A stretch of 63,088 bases of DNA, counting the filler, from Hyphochytrium catenoides (taxonomy: Eukaryota > Protista > Hyphochytriomycota): NCBI GenBank assembly GCA_900088475.1. It is 16 parts of 16 records of this genome, joined end to end, with 100 filler letters (N's around TTAATTAATTAA, not from the genome) between each part and the next. Parts side by side here need not be neighbours in the genome. Positions count along the whole stretch, not along the records: positions 28,665 to 29,870 come from FLMG01001538.1; positions 29,971 to 33,251 come from FLMG01004213.1; positions 33,352 to 37,022 come from FLMG01003762.1; positions 37,123 to 38,809 come from FLMG01002497.1; positions 38,910 to 40,238 come from FLMG01004322.1; positions 40,339 to 44,634 come from FLMG01000479.1; 10 more parts are not named here. One strand, written 5' to 3'. The notes beneath the pieces were generated by a model that did no database searches, was not told the DNA's origin, and saw nothing but the letters and a program-made list of their open reading frames with translations. A program made the position numbers and the translations under genes. This document shows positions 29,436 to 42,045 of this stretch, piece by piece; positions within the stretch are counted from its first letter, which is position 1; each line of letters starts with the position of its first letter.

Positions 29436-29774
29436 TGTTGAATGCAACTATGTTCGTTGTCAGTAGTACAGTAGTCACTCTCTATACACACCTAGCTCTC
29501 AGGGACATAGACGTTACGGGTACACCTGTGTTATGGGAAAGAGAGATGTGAGAAGAATTTCCAGAAGAACACAGGAGCAGCAGAGGAGAGAGAGATGATG
29601 AGGGAAGCTGGGCCGAGCAAAAGATCTCGAGTCCAGACCAGGCTCTCAGGACTCAGTCATCATTCAGAGAAATCTCCACACACATCAATACCAAGTCCCT
29701 TTGTTATTGTTTCATCTAGATTGTGCTCATACAGAAGCTTCAGGCATTGCCACCCAGCTTTGTAAAGTTCATCA
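29436..29774 (+). mobile_element. Complete Copia LTR (339 bp, TG...CA) followed by a PBS-like GGTTATG(TTA)GGCCCA
   Basis: Homologous to 34091-34250 (direct) and to 35202-35534 and 35740-35848 (inverted). Confidence 0.85.
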
Positions 29775-29970
29775 GGTTATGTTAGGCCCACACTCGCAGT
29801 TGTGTAGGTTACTTTACGCCTGCAGAGGTTAGGGGATGGGTCATCTCCTTGTAACGGACGAGGGACAAGANNNNNNNNNNNNNNNNNNNNNNNNNNNNNN
29901 NNNNNNNNNNNNNNTTAATTAATTAANNNNNNNNNNNNNNNNNNNNNNNNNNNNNNNNNNNNNNNNNNNN

Positions 29971-30773
29971 CCTAGGGCTGGTCACTGCGAGCTGTAGGTT
30001 CAGATGCCTGAGCTCATTCTTCAGGAGATCGTTCTCTCTTCTGACCGTGTTCAGCGTCTCCTGGAGCGCCTTCATCTCCTTTGAAGACTCCACTTGAAGC
30101 GTCTTCAGCCTGCGTAGCGAGAGGAAGATAGAAAGCACGAGATATGAGATGAAAGAGAGAGAAAGAAAGAAAGAGAGAGAGAGAGGGGCAGAGGATAGAG
30201 CTCTGTGAGCAACGGTGTCTCCCTTGAAAACTGTCATAGATGATTGAAGAGAAAGGCTCCTCAAATGGGAGGAAAATAAGAGCTAACGGTAATGCTGACA
30301 AAGGAACAGTCGCCAGATGGCACAGACGGGCAGGACACTAAGTCGGCTTCCAAAGAAGGACTAGACCGCAGATAAGGGAGACACAGAGAGAGAGAATACA
30401 GAGAGAGAAACAAATGGAAGGATGCTGCTAAAGAAAGAAACTGCAAGCAAGCTCTTAGGAAAGCTCTAGCTGAGAAAAAAAAAAGAATGTGAAAGGAAAG
30501 TGGAAGAAGCATCGCAATGCACTACGATTCGAAGCAGAGAAAAGAGAAGCACTGTGTCTGCAAACAAGGAAGGCAAAAGGAGCCTCAAAGAGAGAAACGA
30601 GCAGAGCGACCAAAAGACAGAGACGAAAGAGAGCAACAAGGAGAGAAGGGATATGGACAGCTACAGACAAGAGAAAGAGTGGGGCAAGAGTGCCAGGGAA
30701 TGAGAGAGAGAGAGAGAAAGAGGGCGACGGACAGCCACAGAGATGGAGTAAGCGAAACCGAGAAAGACAAGAG

Positions 30774-30821
<48 letters not shown>

Positions 30822-31564
30822 GCCACATCCGTTGAACTCGTTACCTGGTCACTGTCTCTCTCATCTTATCATTCTCCGCCTCTAAGGTCTGAACTCGCTT
30901 CTTCAGCTCATCATTTGACATACTGTCCACAATCACCTGAAAGCCGAGAATTAGAGCAGAATCCGATTCTCAAGGGTCACAAACCAAAATTGAGGCAGCA
31001 CCAGCCCGAGGTTAATGAAGAACAGCAGTTTGACCCCTTTCAATATAAGCGTTTGGGCTTCTTGCACGAACCTTATAAAATATCGCGAAAATATCAGCAT
31101 CGTCACTGACATAATTGTTGTCCACGATGTTGACGAGGAAATAGGTGTCATAAATCTTCTCGATCACTTCTTTTGCGCTCTTTTCTTCCTCTCTCTCTCC
31201 GTCGTAAGCGCTAGCCCACTGGCTCTTCCACAGGCCGAAAGCCTCGTCCTTCCAGAAGGCAAAGCTCGCAGGGTCGACCACTGTGGGCTGGATGATCTCT
31301 CGACCTGGTTGGATGGAGAGATGAAACGTGAAAAAGTGGATTTGAAGCGGGGTAATCCAAAGATTTCCACTTTTTGTATCAATTAGGGAGAAATCTCTCT
31401 CTCTCTCTCTTTCTCTTCCCATCCCTCTCCACTCTTCCCCCTTTCCTTATACACCGCTTTGCATGGTTGTCGCAAAAGCGTTGGTTCAATCCCTTTCTCT
31501 CTTTTTTCTGTGTCTCTCCCTCTTCTGTGTTCATAGCCTTTTCTCTGGTTCATTATATTCGCTC

Positions 31565-31615
<51 letters not shown>

Positions 31616-32106
31616 GTCTCTTCTTCTTCTTCTCCACTCTCTCTCTCTATATATATGTCTCTCTCCTTTCCCTCCTCTTCTCTTCAGACACAAAAGTTCA
31701 CGCCAAGAAGTCTTACCAGGGAAGACGCCCCATGTCACCGCATTAACGCCTTTGTCTGATACATTCGAGTATTCATCTCCCTTGTTGTTCATCGCGTGGT
31801 AGGAGAGAGAGGGAAAGAGAGGAAACGCCTCTAGAAGGAGGAAGAACTTTTCTGGAGAGACAAAGAACTCAACATACGCCTTCTGGAAGACATAGCCTCC
31901 CTCTCCTCCCCAGCCAAAGTACGGATGGACAGAAGAGACGCCGTTCACTCTGGGCTGACTATTGATTGTGAGGAAACCGTTTTGGTTGATGAACTTTAGG
32001 GAAGAGAGGATGGAAGAGGACTCCGTTGACATCTCATTGTCACACCAAGGCAGGACGCGAATCTTTCCTTCTATGAACCTTGAAGAAGAGAAAACAGAAA
32101 GAGCGC

Positions 32107-32137
<31 letters not shown>

Positions 32138-33251
32138 NNNNNNNNNNNNNNNNNNNNNNNNNNNNNNNNNNNNNNNNNNNNNNNNNNNNNNNNNNNNNNN
32201 NNNNNACGTAAGGAGAGCACGATACAAGGAGAAAAGGGTTGAACGGAAGGAAAAACTAGGACACAAAATGGCAAAATGATAGAGAGAGAGAGAAGCGGGC
32301 GTGTGGAAGAAAGACAGAGGGGAGGAAGAGAGAGGAATAGGGAGAGAGATTGAAAAAGAGAGACTGAAGAGAGAGAGAAGCGCAGAATAGAGAAAAGGAG
32401 ACGATACAGAGACACGTAAGCCAGGGCAAAAAGAGAGAGGAGCAACGAGGAAGGGAAGGGAGCAGAGCCAGCCTCGTGTCTGCGGAAGGCGGCCAATGGT
32501 TACAAGAACAGAAACAGAGAACGGTAGACAGAGAGAGAGGAACAGAGTAACTATCCAGCGGAGAGTAAATACAGCGAGAAAGTATGGCATAATAAGACAA
32601 AGAGGGGAGAGAAGAGTCTAGGCGTAGGGTAGAGAGCGAGAGAGAGAGCGAGGGAGCGAAAGAAAAAAAGTAGACGAGTATGAGAAAGAGACAAGGAAGA
32701 ATCTAGCGGCAACAGAGACAAGAGTCACAGAAGAAAAGAAGGGAAGACTGAAGGCGGAGACAGAGTGTAACTCGAACCTGAAGGAATAGTGGACAGGAGG
32801 GTAGAAACAGAGAAAGAGAGAGAGAGAGAGAGAGGGAAAGTGAGCGAAAAGAGGAGAGCTACCCTACCCAACAAAGACATCGACAATGTCCTCTTCTCTC
32901 TTGGGGATTCCCCAGAGTTTCTTCCTGTCAACCTTCGGTCTCTTGAAAGCCAGATAATAGTCAGTCAGCTCGCCATAGGCAGGGGAGCGACTGTCTCCCC
33001 AGCGGCCGTTAGGATACTCGTCCCAATCTGCCGTACGGGCGACGTAACTCGTCTTTCCGGGAGAGATGCGGAGAGAAAGAGAGAGAGAGTTTTTAGGTTC
33101 AGAGATGGAAGGACAGGAGTCAGCAGCGGCCAAGGGCAAAGCGAGATGGGGAGGGAGAGAGGGAAAAAAGAGGGGAGACGGAAGAGAAAGTGAGAAAGAG
33201 AGAGGGAGAGAAAGAGAGTCCGAGAGAAAGGAACACCAGCCCTTACCTGTC
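29971..33251 (-). CDS. MTHFR: Methylenetetrahydrofolate reductase, C-terminal regulatory (SAM-binding) half plus coiled-coil tail, truncated at both scaffold ends; exons 33251..33247, 33052..32868, 32078..31717, 31304..31072, 30936..30845, 30109..29971
   Basis: [104 protein letters not shown]; all introns GT-AG and in phase. Confidence 0.95.
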
Positions 33252-33351
33252 NNNNNNNNNNNNNNNNNNNNNNNNNNNNNNNNNNNNNNNNNNNNTTAAT
33301 TAATTAANNNNNNNNNNNNNNNNNNNNNNNNNNNNNNNNNNNNNNNNNNNN

Positions 33352-34090
33352 GGGCAGCTTCTCACCAGGAGCAACGGGCGTACTGACTGGATTACAATCT
33401 TCCGTACCGTAGCGCTTCAGGAGGTCTAGGAGGATAAAGCTTCGTTACGGAAGCTAACTCCTCCGATTCCTTCGATCCCGGATAACCTCGAATCCAAGAA
33501 GTAGTGGAGTTCTCCTAAGTCCTTCACATCAAATCTGTCCTTTAGAAGTCCTTTAACTTGATCCGCACGATTGTTGCTTGGCGCGAAGATCAGCAGGTCG
33601 TCTACGAAAGTCGACACAATTGTCGGCTTGCCATCCTTCCCGGACCTGTTGATGTCCATGCAGGGTTCACATAAGCTGGGTTCGAATTCGTTGTCGCGAA
33701 GATAACTGTCTAAGACTTTGTTCATTGACGAGGACTCTGCTTAAACCAATAGATGCCGCGTTTCAACTTACAAACGAGACGCTCCTGTCCCGGTTGAGCG
33801 AATCCCGGAGGTTGGCGCATGTATATGGTTTCATCAAGGTCGCCATGGAGAAAGGCAGTACGACTATCCATATGATGGATCTCAAAATCATACATCGCAG
33901 CTAAAGAGAGGATACATCGGACGGATTCATAGCTGACAACTGGCGCAAATACCTCATTGTAATCGATCCCCTGCTTTTGATTGTAGCCTTGAGTCACAAT
34001 TCGTGCCTTATAGCGATCAATGTTGCCATTACTTCCATATTCCACGTGATATAACCATTTGCACCCAATGATGTTTGCGCCTGGAGGACG
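33352..34090 (-). pseudogene. Ty1/Copia reverse transcriptase fragment (frameshifted)
   Basis: IIGCKW, RYKARIVTQGYNQKQGIDYNEVFAPV, TAFLHGDLDETIYMRQPPGF, FVDDLL, KDLGELHYFL. Confidence 0.93.
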
Positions 34091-34250
34091 TGTTGAGTGC
34101 TACAATGTTCGTTGCCAGTAGTACAGTGGTCACTCTCTATACACACCTAGCTTTCGGAACATAGACGTTACGGGTACACCTGTGTTATGGGAAAAGAGAG
34201 ATGTGAGAAGTATTCCAGAAGAACGCTGGAGCAGCACAGGAGAGAGAGAG
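34091..34250 (+). mobile_element. 5' part of Copia LTR
   Basis: TGTTGAGTGCTACAATGTTCGTTG..., matching the LTR at 29436. Confidence 0.85.
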
Positions 34251-34251
34251 G

Positions 34252-35201
34252 TCACGTCTGGAAGCTGAGGAAGTCTACACATGGTCTCCGTCACAGCCCC
34301 AAGATGTGGAATGACACGCTGCACCATCATCTAATTGAGCAAAGGTTCCAGCGCAGTCTTTGTGACTATGGAGTATACGTCAAGCGGCACTCTTCGAGAC
34401 CTGAGGACCTTGTTGAGATCGTCGGCGTCTTCGTTGATGACATGCTCCTCTTTGCTCCCACCACCTAGCAAATTGCAGGTCTCAAGACTATGCTGTCTGC
34501 TCGTCTTCATCACCAATCTTGGGAAGTTAGAGTACTACTTGGGCATCCAAGTAAAGCGGGATCGAGCTGTTAGGAAGATATACCTTCGACAGTCGAAGTA
34601 TATCCCCAAGATCTTGGAGCGCTTCAACCTACTTGATGCCTACCCCAAACCTACCCCAGCGGTGCCTAAGACGTACTTGCCCAAAGCTTCTACCATTCCT
34701 CTTTCTGATGATGAAGCTGACCGGTTGGCTCGCACCCCTTATCGTCAAGTAGTGGGTTCCTTGCTGTACGTCATGGTGTGCACGCGGCCTGATATCGCTT
34801 CTTATGCGGTGCGAGCTGTGAAAGTTTTCCGCCACGTCCACTGGGAGGCTGTCAAACGTATCCTCACCTACCTGAAGGCCACCCAAGACTACTCCTTGTG
34901 TCTAGGAGGAGATACCGCTATTCAACTCTCTGTCCAGGCTGATGCTGATTGGGCTAGTGACCCAGCTGACCGCAAGTCTATCACCGGCTATTTCTTGAGC
35001 CTCAACGGAGGTGCTTTTGCGTGGAAGTCAAAGAAACAATCCCTCCGAGCGTCGTCAACCACGGAAGCGGAGTGCGTCTCTCTTTGGTCCGCAAGCTTAG
35101 TCGCAGAGCACTTCAGTGTGTTCCTGAGCGACCTTGGCTTCTCCAACCAGCTGCCCATTCCTATTAGCCAGGACAACAAGAGCGCGATTGTTTCTCTGCT
35201 C
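34252..35201 (+). pseudogene. Ty1/Copia RT-RNase H fragment with premature stop and frameshift
   Basis: VWKLRKSTHGLRHSPKMW, VFVDDML, TAG at 34466, YRQVVGSLLY..CTRPDIA, DADWASDPADRKSITGY, SSTTEAE, QDNKSAI. Confidence 0.93.
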
Positions 35202-35543
35202 TGATGAACTTTACAGAGCTGGGTGGCAGTGCCTGAAGCTTCTGTATGAGCACAATCTAGATGAAACGACAACAAAGGGACTGGGTATTGATATCTGATT
35301 GAGATTTCTCTGAATGGTTGCTGAGTCTGAGAGGCTGGTCTCGAGATCTTTGCTCGGCCCAGCTTCCCTCATCATCTCTCTCTCCTTTGATGTTCCTGTG
35401 TTCTTCTGGAAATTCTTCTCACATCCCTCTTTCCCATAACACAGGTGTTCCCGTAACGTCTATGTCCCTGAGAGCTAGGTGTGTATAGAGAGTGACTACT
35501 GTACTACTGACAACGAACACTGTAGCACTCAACACTCCCCCTC
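35202..35543 (-). mobile_element. Complete Copia 3' LTR (35534..35202) with upstream polypurine tract GAGGGGGAG
   Basis: Reverse complement of the 29436-29774 LTR; the PPT at 35543..35535 abuts the TG. Confidence 0.88.
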
Positions 35544-35849
35544 ATACCTAGCTTCTCTGGATCATCAGTGGTGAGGGTCGAATTAAGTCACCTAATTGTC
35601 GCTCTCGCTCACTCTCTCCCCCTTTACACTAGGAGGGAGCACTCCAAGGTGAGGACCAGTGTCCGGAAGAGAGGAGCAGGTAAAGGTTTGGTGAGGCAAT
35701 CGGCTACCATAGCTGTAGAGGAAGTATAGACCAGCGTAATTTTCCCACACACAGGTGTACCCGTAACGTCTATATCCCTGAGAGCTAGGTGTGTATAGGG
35801 AGAAAGTGACTACTGTACTACTGACAACGAACATTGTAGCACTCAACAT

Positions 35850-36514
35850 GCTCCTCTTCACGACCAAAGTCAAAGACTTTTGATGTCAAGCTCTGTGTCC
35901 TGCAAGAGAAGGTAGCCAATGGGAGAGTTAAGCTGGTCTATACTCCCTCTGCAGCTATGGTAGCCGATTGCCTCACCAAGCCTTTACCTGCTCCTCTCCT
36001 TCGGACACTGCATCCTCACCTTGGAGCTCCTAGTATCAGTACTCTTGCCACTACCCACCTAGCTTCTTTAGCCGAGTGCTCGTTGAGAGGTAGTGTTGGA
36101 CTTGTGCTCTTCGTAGGAGATTGATGAATTAATTAGTTTGATCAAAGTGACCAAGTGCTCATCAAGCTCTTGTCTAGTGATTCTTCTAGAGCTAACTAGC
36201 TAAACTACGCAAGTCGCTAACTTAATACTGAACTACTTCCTATATCCAAGTTCTACGATGAAAGAGCAACACATGCAAAGAAGATAGAAGTAGAAGAAGG
36301 GGAGTGAGAGATAAAGACCTCAGAAGAGACACGAAGTAAGAAAGGCTTTCAAGAGCTTCGGTCCTTGTGTCCAGTGAGAAGTTCAGAGCGCCGTCAGAAC
36401 TTCCATCTGCAAAGTCTAACGCAGAAGACCAGCACGGTCTAGTGCAGAGACAGTGCGCGAGAGACTTCCAGTGCAGAGTCCGAACGTAAGCAGTAACTTC
36501 CAGTACTCTTTACA
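35850..36514. mobile_element. Copia pol 3' end (+), PPT, and two converging LTR starts (36094 on +, 36514 on -)
   Basis: EKVANGRVKLVYTPSAAMVADCLTKPL, then GAGAGGTAG|TGTTGG; on the minus strand GAGTGGGAG|TGTAAAG. Confidence 0.65.
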
Positions 36515-36534
36515 CTCCCACTCGTTTGGCTCTG

Positions 36535-37022
36535 TCACTGGCTTTGCCCTTGAACCGCTGAACCACAAAGTACCAACGCGAAAGCAGAGTGCTTATCCCT
36601 CGGTAGAGCCTTAGTAAGGACATCAGCGACCATGGCCTGGAAGGGAATCCTCGTGAAAAGCACATCTCTGGAGATCATGATCTTCCGGTAGCCTGAAGTG
36701 GGATCCGCCAGTGGGTAAGCCTTGGAGGCAGTATCATAGCCTCCTAGTACCATTGGCAAGCTCTTGGGGCCAAGCTTGCCTTTCCTTTTTTCATCGGGAT
36801 ATGAACAAACGCTTCACACCCAGAGGTACGCAGATGAGAGAGGTCTGGCTTCTTCCCAGTGAGAGCTTCAATGGGTGTCACCTTTTGCTGCTTCAGGACG
36901 GCAGTGGGGCTCCGATTTCTTAAGTAGACGGCAGCTCTTACTGCTTCCACCCATAAGACTTCTGGAAGGCCAGCATGTGTTGGAGTCTGAGGGCACAGCT
37001 ATGTGGACTACAAGCTGGCAAG
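36535..37022 (-). pseudogene. Copia integrase C-terminal fragment fused directly to the pol C-terminus (RT/RNase H deleted)
   Basis: EAVRAAVYLRNRSPT...TPIEALTGKKPDLSHLRTSGCEAFVHIP...ISRDVLF joined to MVADVLTKALPRDKH. Confidence 0.85.
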
Positions 37023-39398
37023 NNNNNNNNNNNNNNNNNNNNNNNNNNNNNNNNNNNNNNNNNNNNTTAATTAATTAANNNNNNNNNNNNNNNNNNNNNN
37101 NNNNNNNNNNNNNNNNNNNNNNTGATTATAGCTTGTTGCTTGTTGTTGGCTGATGGCTTGTTGATTGGCTTGAAAGTTGGATAATGAGGTGGAGGTGCTT
37201 CGACGCAGCGCCCTAGATGCTCGGCGCTCAATCACATGAGGGGAAAACTCACTCATCAAATGTCGTCTCTCTTCTCTCCCTCTCTCTATTAGGTATGATG
37301 TCCCTTCCTTTGAACATGGTTTCACCGCTATGATCTTCCAACTCATTCTTCTAGTCCTGTCGGTTGGAGAAGGAAGAAGGAGTGATCTCTCGTTATCATA
37401 GAAGTCTATGTGTTCTTCTTTCCCCTTTTGCCACTTCAGCGAAGGGTGATTGGTCAAGGAAAAGAACATGGGACGGGCGAACAAAAGCTGCCCGCTTTGT
37501 GTTTCCCTTGATGATACTGCCGGAACCGAGAAAGGTAGAGTGTAAAGCGCGACGATCTAATACTCCGGAGTACAAACAACAACGACGATAGACCCATAAT
37601 ATGTCTTCTTCTCCTCTGCCATGTCGGCCTTCTGGTCTATAGACGGCTTATGTTGCTGTTGTCACTCTTCTTTTGTACCTGAGATCCAGATTATCAGGAA
37701 GCTTCTTCCTACCCATGTTGCCTATTATCTCTTTTTCCTCTAGGGTGCCCAAAGCGAAGTGGCGTTTCCCAAGTTTCTCCTACAGTCGTAGGATTTCCTT
37801 GTCTGTGCCACCCTTTCTGGCAGTTTCCTCATCAATCTTCTCTCCTTTTCCTCCTCTGTCTGTCTGTACACGCTAGTCAGCTTGATCCTTCTCCCTTAAT
37901 CTTCCTCCTTCCCCCGCTTTATCATTTCTCCTTGTCTTCTGCACTTCTCGTCTCTCTTCTCTGCTCCTTTAGTTACATGTAGAACTATCCCCTTTCCCCT
38001 TTCCCTCTTCCATCTCTCCTCTCTCTCTTCTTTTTTCCCGGTCGTGCCGCGAACTCTTCGCCTGCATCAATTCTCTCTCCTTCTCCTCCCTACGCCTCTG
38101 CCTTTTGGACAAGGGAGTAACAGCATGATAGATTGCATAGAAATGAAGGCAAGCGATAGAGGAGGTGCCTGTCCAGTTTATGACCCTAAGTTTGAGGAGG
38201 TGATTGAGGCTTATGTGTTGACAAGCATGCGTCTAATGATAGGCATCTCGTACAAGTAGATATGTAGTTCTAGGACCATGTTGCAAGCTTGTAACTTGTA
38301 ACAAGCAAAGTGGAGAGGGTCAAGGGGGAGGGCTGGACATATATCACAAAAGGAGCTACCTCATACCTCAGCACTACCTCAACATAGCGAAGCAACGCCC
38401 GTATTCACAAAGCACAAAGCACAAAAGCACAAGAGGAGCTGGACCTGACGGGCTACAGGGGGTTGAGTGAGGACCCGGCGTTACAATATCAATTTGTCCC
38501 TGCTGGCTGCTGCGCAAATGTTAGAAGCTCCTGTTGAACCACTCAGAAGACAGCGGTCGGAGCAAGAAAGGAAGAGATGGATTCCCCGTGTAGAAAGCTT
38601 GTATCTCATCCTTCGCGGTTTGTGGCCACTGAGCTCCGTCCTTCTGGACCTCGGCTGAGACTCATGAACAGAAAGAGGGCTATGGCAATAACGCAGGGCA
38701 TTAAGAGAGAGTAGAGGAGAAGCTGGCCAGGAAGATAGAATGCAACAATACGCATAGGAGAGCTTGGCCTACCAGATGGCTGATGACCCAGTTCCTCCGC
38801 AATCACTGTNNNNNNNNNNNNNNNNNNNNNNNNNNNNNNNNNNNNNNNNNNNNTTAATTAATTAANNNNNNNNNNNNNNNNNNNNNNNNNNNNNNNNNNN
38901 NNNNNNNNNGAGAGAGAGAGAGAGAGAGAGAGTGAGCGAGAGTAGTGAAAGTGGCAAAGACTCCAAGTGCTGGCCATCGTCCGTGCTTCTGCTTCGCGAC
39001 GTAGTTTCATTGCCGCAGCATCCCCAGAAGATAATATGAAGGGTCTAAGATCAGGAAGAGGCACGGACAAAACAGGCTAAGGAAAGGAGAGAAACATCAG
39101 GAAGAGAGAGAGAGAGAAACGAAGAGGAGCAGAAAGGGGAGATCTTCTGCTAGTAGAGAGAGACATTCCACGAGTACGAGAGAAAGAGATCCCGGGCCAA
39201 GATGATGCGCCGCCGAGAAGAGAACAAGAGACTCGCCAGGCTGCGGCCTTTGGGCAAGCGTTAAATTTTTCTCCAGCACATTTGTTATGCTGCAGCGATC
39301 CTTGTCTGCTCTTTTTCCTTCCCCTCGTCTTCCGGTATCTGTTCTATTATTTGAAGGTCCTATGCTAATCTCTGAGGAGTCGAGGAGGGAAAGAGGGA

Positions 39399-39430
<32 letters not shown>

Positions 39431-40167
39431 TACTGGCACTATGTCCTAGTACTGGATGACGTTATGTCCCATCCACTTTGAAGAAGATACGCAGCTAGCG
39501 CAAGTGTAACGATAGATCTTCTTGTTGTCTCTTTCTTTTTCTCTCTCAGACTTAACAAGAAAGAGAGAAGAGGCGAAAGGAGAAGAAGAAAGAGGAGAGA
39601 AGGGAGAAGACGAAGCTCATATAAGCTGCTGCCCTTCTCTTCTTCGGCTGCTGCAGGAGAAGTGTAGAGGGCGACGCATGCATTTCAATTATTTGGAGAA
39701 GGGGTCGATGGCTGTGTTAACTGATGGATTTCTTTCTGCAGCTGGACGCCGAAGGAAGGGAAAAAGATGGAAGAGAGGAGATAAAGAGGAAGATACGGGA
39801 GGGAGAGAGAGGAAAGGAAAGGAGAGAAAGGGTTGGATGCGAGAGAGAGACAGAAGGAAGAAAGACTAACCAAGAGCTAGAGGAGGGAAAGAGAGAAAAA
39901 GAGAGAGAGAGAGGGAGCTAGAGCGAGAGAGAGAGAGAGAGCTAGAAAGAAAGAGAGGGAGAGCTAGAAAGAAAGAGAGAGAGAGGGCGGAGAGAGAGGT
40001 TTCATCCAGGCATGTCTAGCTCTCCTCTTCAACCAAAAAAAGACACTATGAAGGAGAAGAGAACGATCAGAGAGAGCAAAGGAGAGTGATAGAGATGATC
40101 TACAAAAGGCTTCTGACAGAGGCGGTGAGAGCAGGATACATCTGCAAGCAGATTGTGAGAGAGAAGT

Positions 40168-40211
<44 letters not shown>

Positions 40212-42001
40212 CGAGAGAAAGCCGATAGAGAGAGAGAGNNNNNNNNNNNNNNNNNNNNNNNNNNNNNNNNNNNNNNNNNNNNTTAATTAATTAANNNNNN
40301 NNNNNNNNNNNNNNNNNNNNNNNNNNNNNNNNNNNNNNTCTGCTGAGGAAGACCAGGAGGAGGACGTGGCGTCAAGCTCCTCTTCTACGAGAATTCCTTT
40401 TCGAGCCGTCTCCTCATCACCACCATCAGGTGCGGTATGCGTAGTACGGAACCATCTAGTAGTAGTAATGGTAACCTGCCTCCTTGCCCTATTGGGTCGC
40501 TGACATCGTGAAGCGTTTGGCCCAAGAGAAGCGTTTGGCCCAAGAGAGAGTTTAGCATTAGCTGATAGTACGCCTTTTCTGAATCGCTACCCTTGGGATG
40601 GGTAGAGGTCTGGCGTTTGCACTCTAGGCTGTGTGAATCTTGTTCTCAGCTTCCTGTCGCTTGTATGTTGGCGTAGTTGTTGACAGAACTGCCGTAAACC
40701 ATGGCGAACCTCATAGAAATGAGTCAACGCTACCGTGACCATGTCATTGCAAAGCAGATGTAGCAATACGTATGCCAGGATGACATATCCAGGTTTGTCC
40801 TGGAAGTTGAGAATGAGCATTGGGGAGGACTACTTGCTTCCTTTGTCTGCAGCTTTCTTGACTCAGTTTATAAATTTGCCCAGAATGTCTGGCGGGATTT
40901 CTCTGGTTGTTGATAGGCCTGGTAGGTGCTTGACTGCATCCTTTTGCTCGTCAGTGTAGTAGAGATCACACTCAAGAAGACACCCAAGAGTGCCATCCTC
41001 GTAGGTGTTGAGGTCCTAGACTATTATGCTTTACGAGGTGTCACCATATAGCATAGCGTAAATTAGCTCCTCGGTGTCTTTGGCTGCTTACCGACTCAGC
41101 TGAGCCTAGGTTGAAAGATCTGGCACTCTGCAGGGTCATCTATGATCCCGAACTTGCACTCATGGTCTTCATCGGTATCTAGGGTCAACAACGGCAATTG
41201 CACTGCACGGGATAGAGACTCTTATAGTTTATTCTCAGGATCTTTGTAAAAGGTGTGGCCTCCGCTTTACGTTGAAACGTTTGGCAAATGCCCCCGAAGA
41301 TGGACCGGTAAACAACTCATAGGCTATCACTGACTTTGGGTCGTGTTCAGAGTTGTCTTGAGGTATGAACGCTTAACAATTCATCACAAAGAGCCTCCTC
41401 CATGTCTGAACATATCGAGAAATTCATACGTGACCCAGTGACGTAGACAGCCACTGTAGCCTGTGCATTCTGGACCATAGCCTTGCATCCGGTGCGCCTG
41501 CACAGAATTAGCTTCAACTCATTAGCTTCAACTCAGCGCTCTTCATCTCGTGTAAGACCTTATTTGAGTCGTGCGACTCCGTATCGGACCAGCTATTGAG
41601 GTCCTTCTCAGCACTACTAACCTTACCGAGATGCCATTGGTGTTATTTATCTGTTGGAAGCGTCCATTACTGGGAAAGTGGAAGCTTCTAACCCCTGTTG
41701 CGGCCCCGTCATGTGACAAAGCGGCGTACGATTCAATAGTATCCTTTATACTGCAGACTGGATCTTAGGCTGCGAGAGTCGAGGATCTAGAGAACTCTAT
41801 TGGAGTTTTAGAGAAGAGGCTTGACTGATGCAAGTAATGTTGACAAAACAGCATCAGGTGATAAGGAGGTTGAGCATAACCTTGAAGTGGTCTCTGACTC
41901 ACTACACTCTCAGTCCTGCTTTCTCTCTCCCTCTCTTTCTCTCTCTGTCCTCTTTCCATTGCGCGCTTCCTTGCTCTCACTCACATTCCCAGTCCTGCTT
42001 T

Positions 42002-42045
<44 letters not shown>

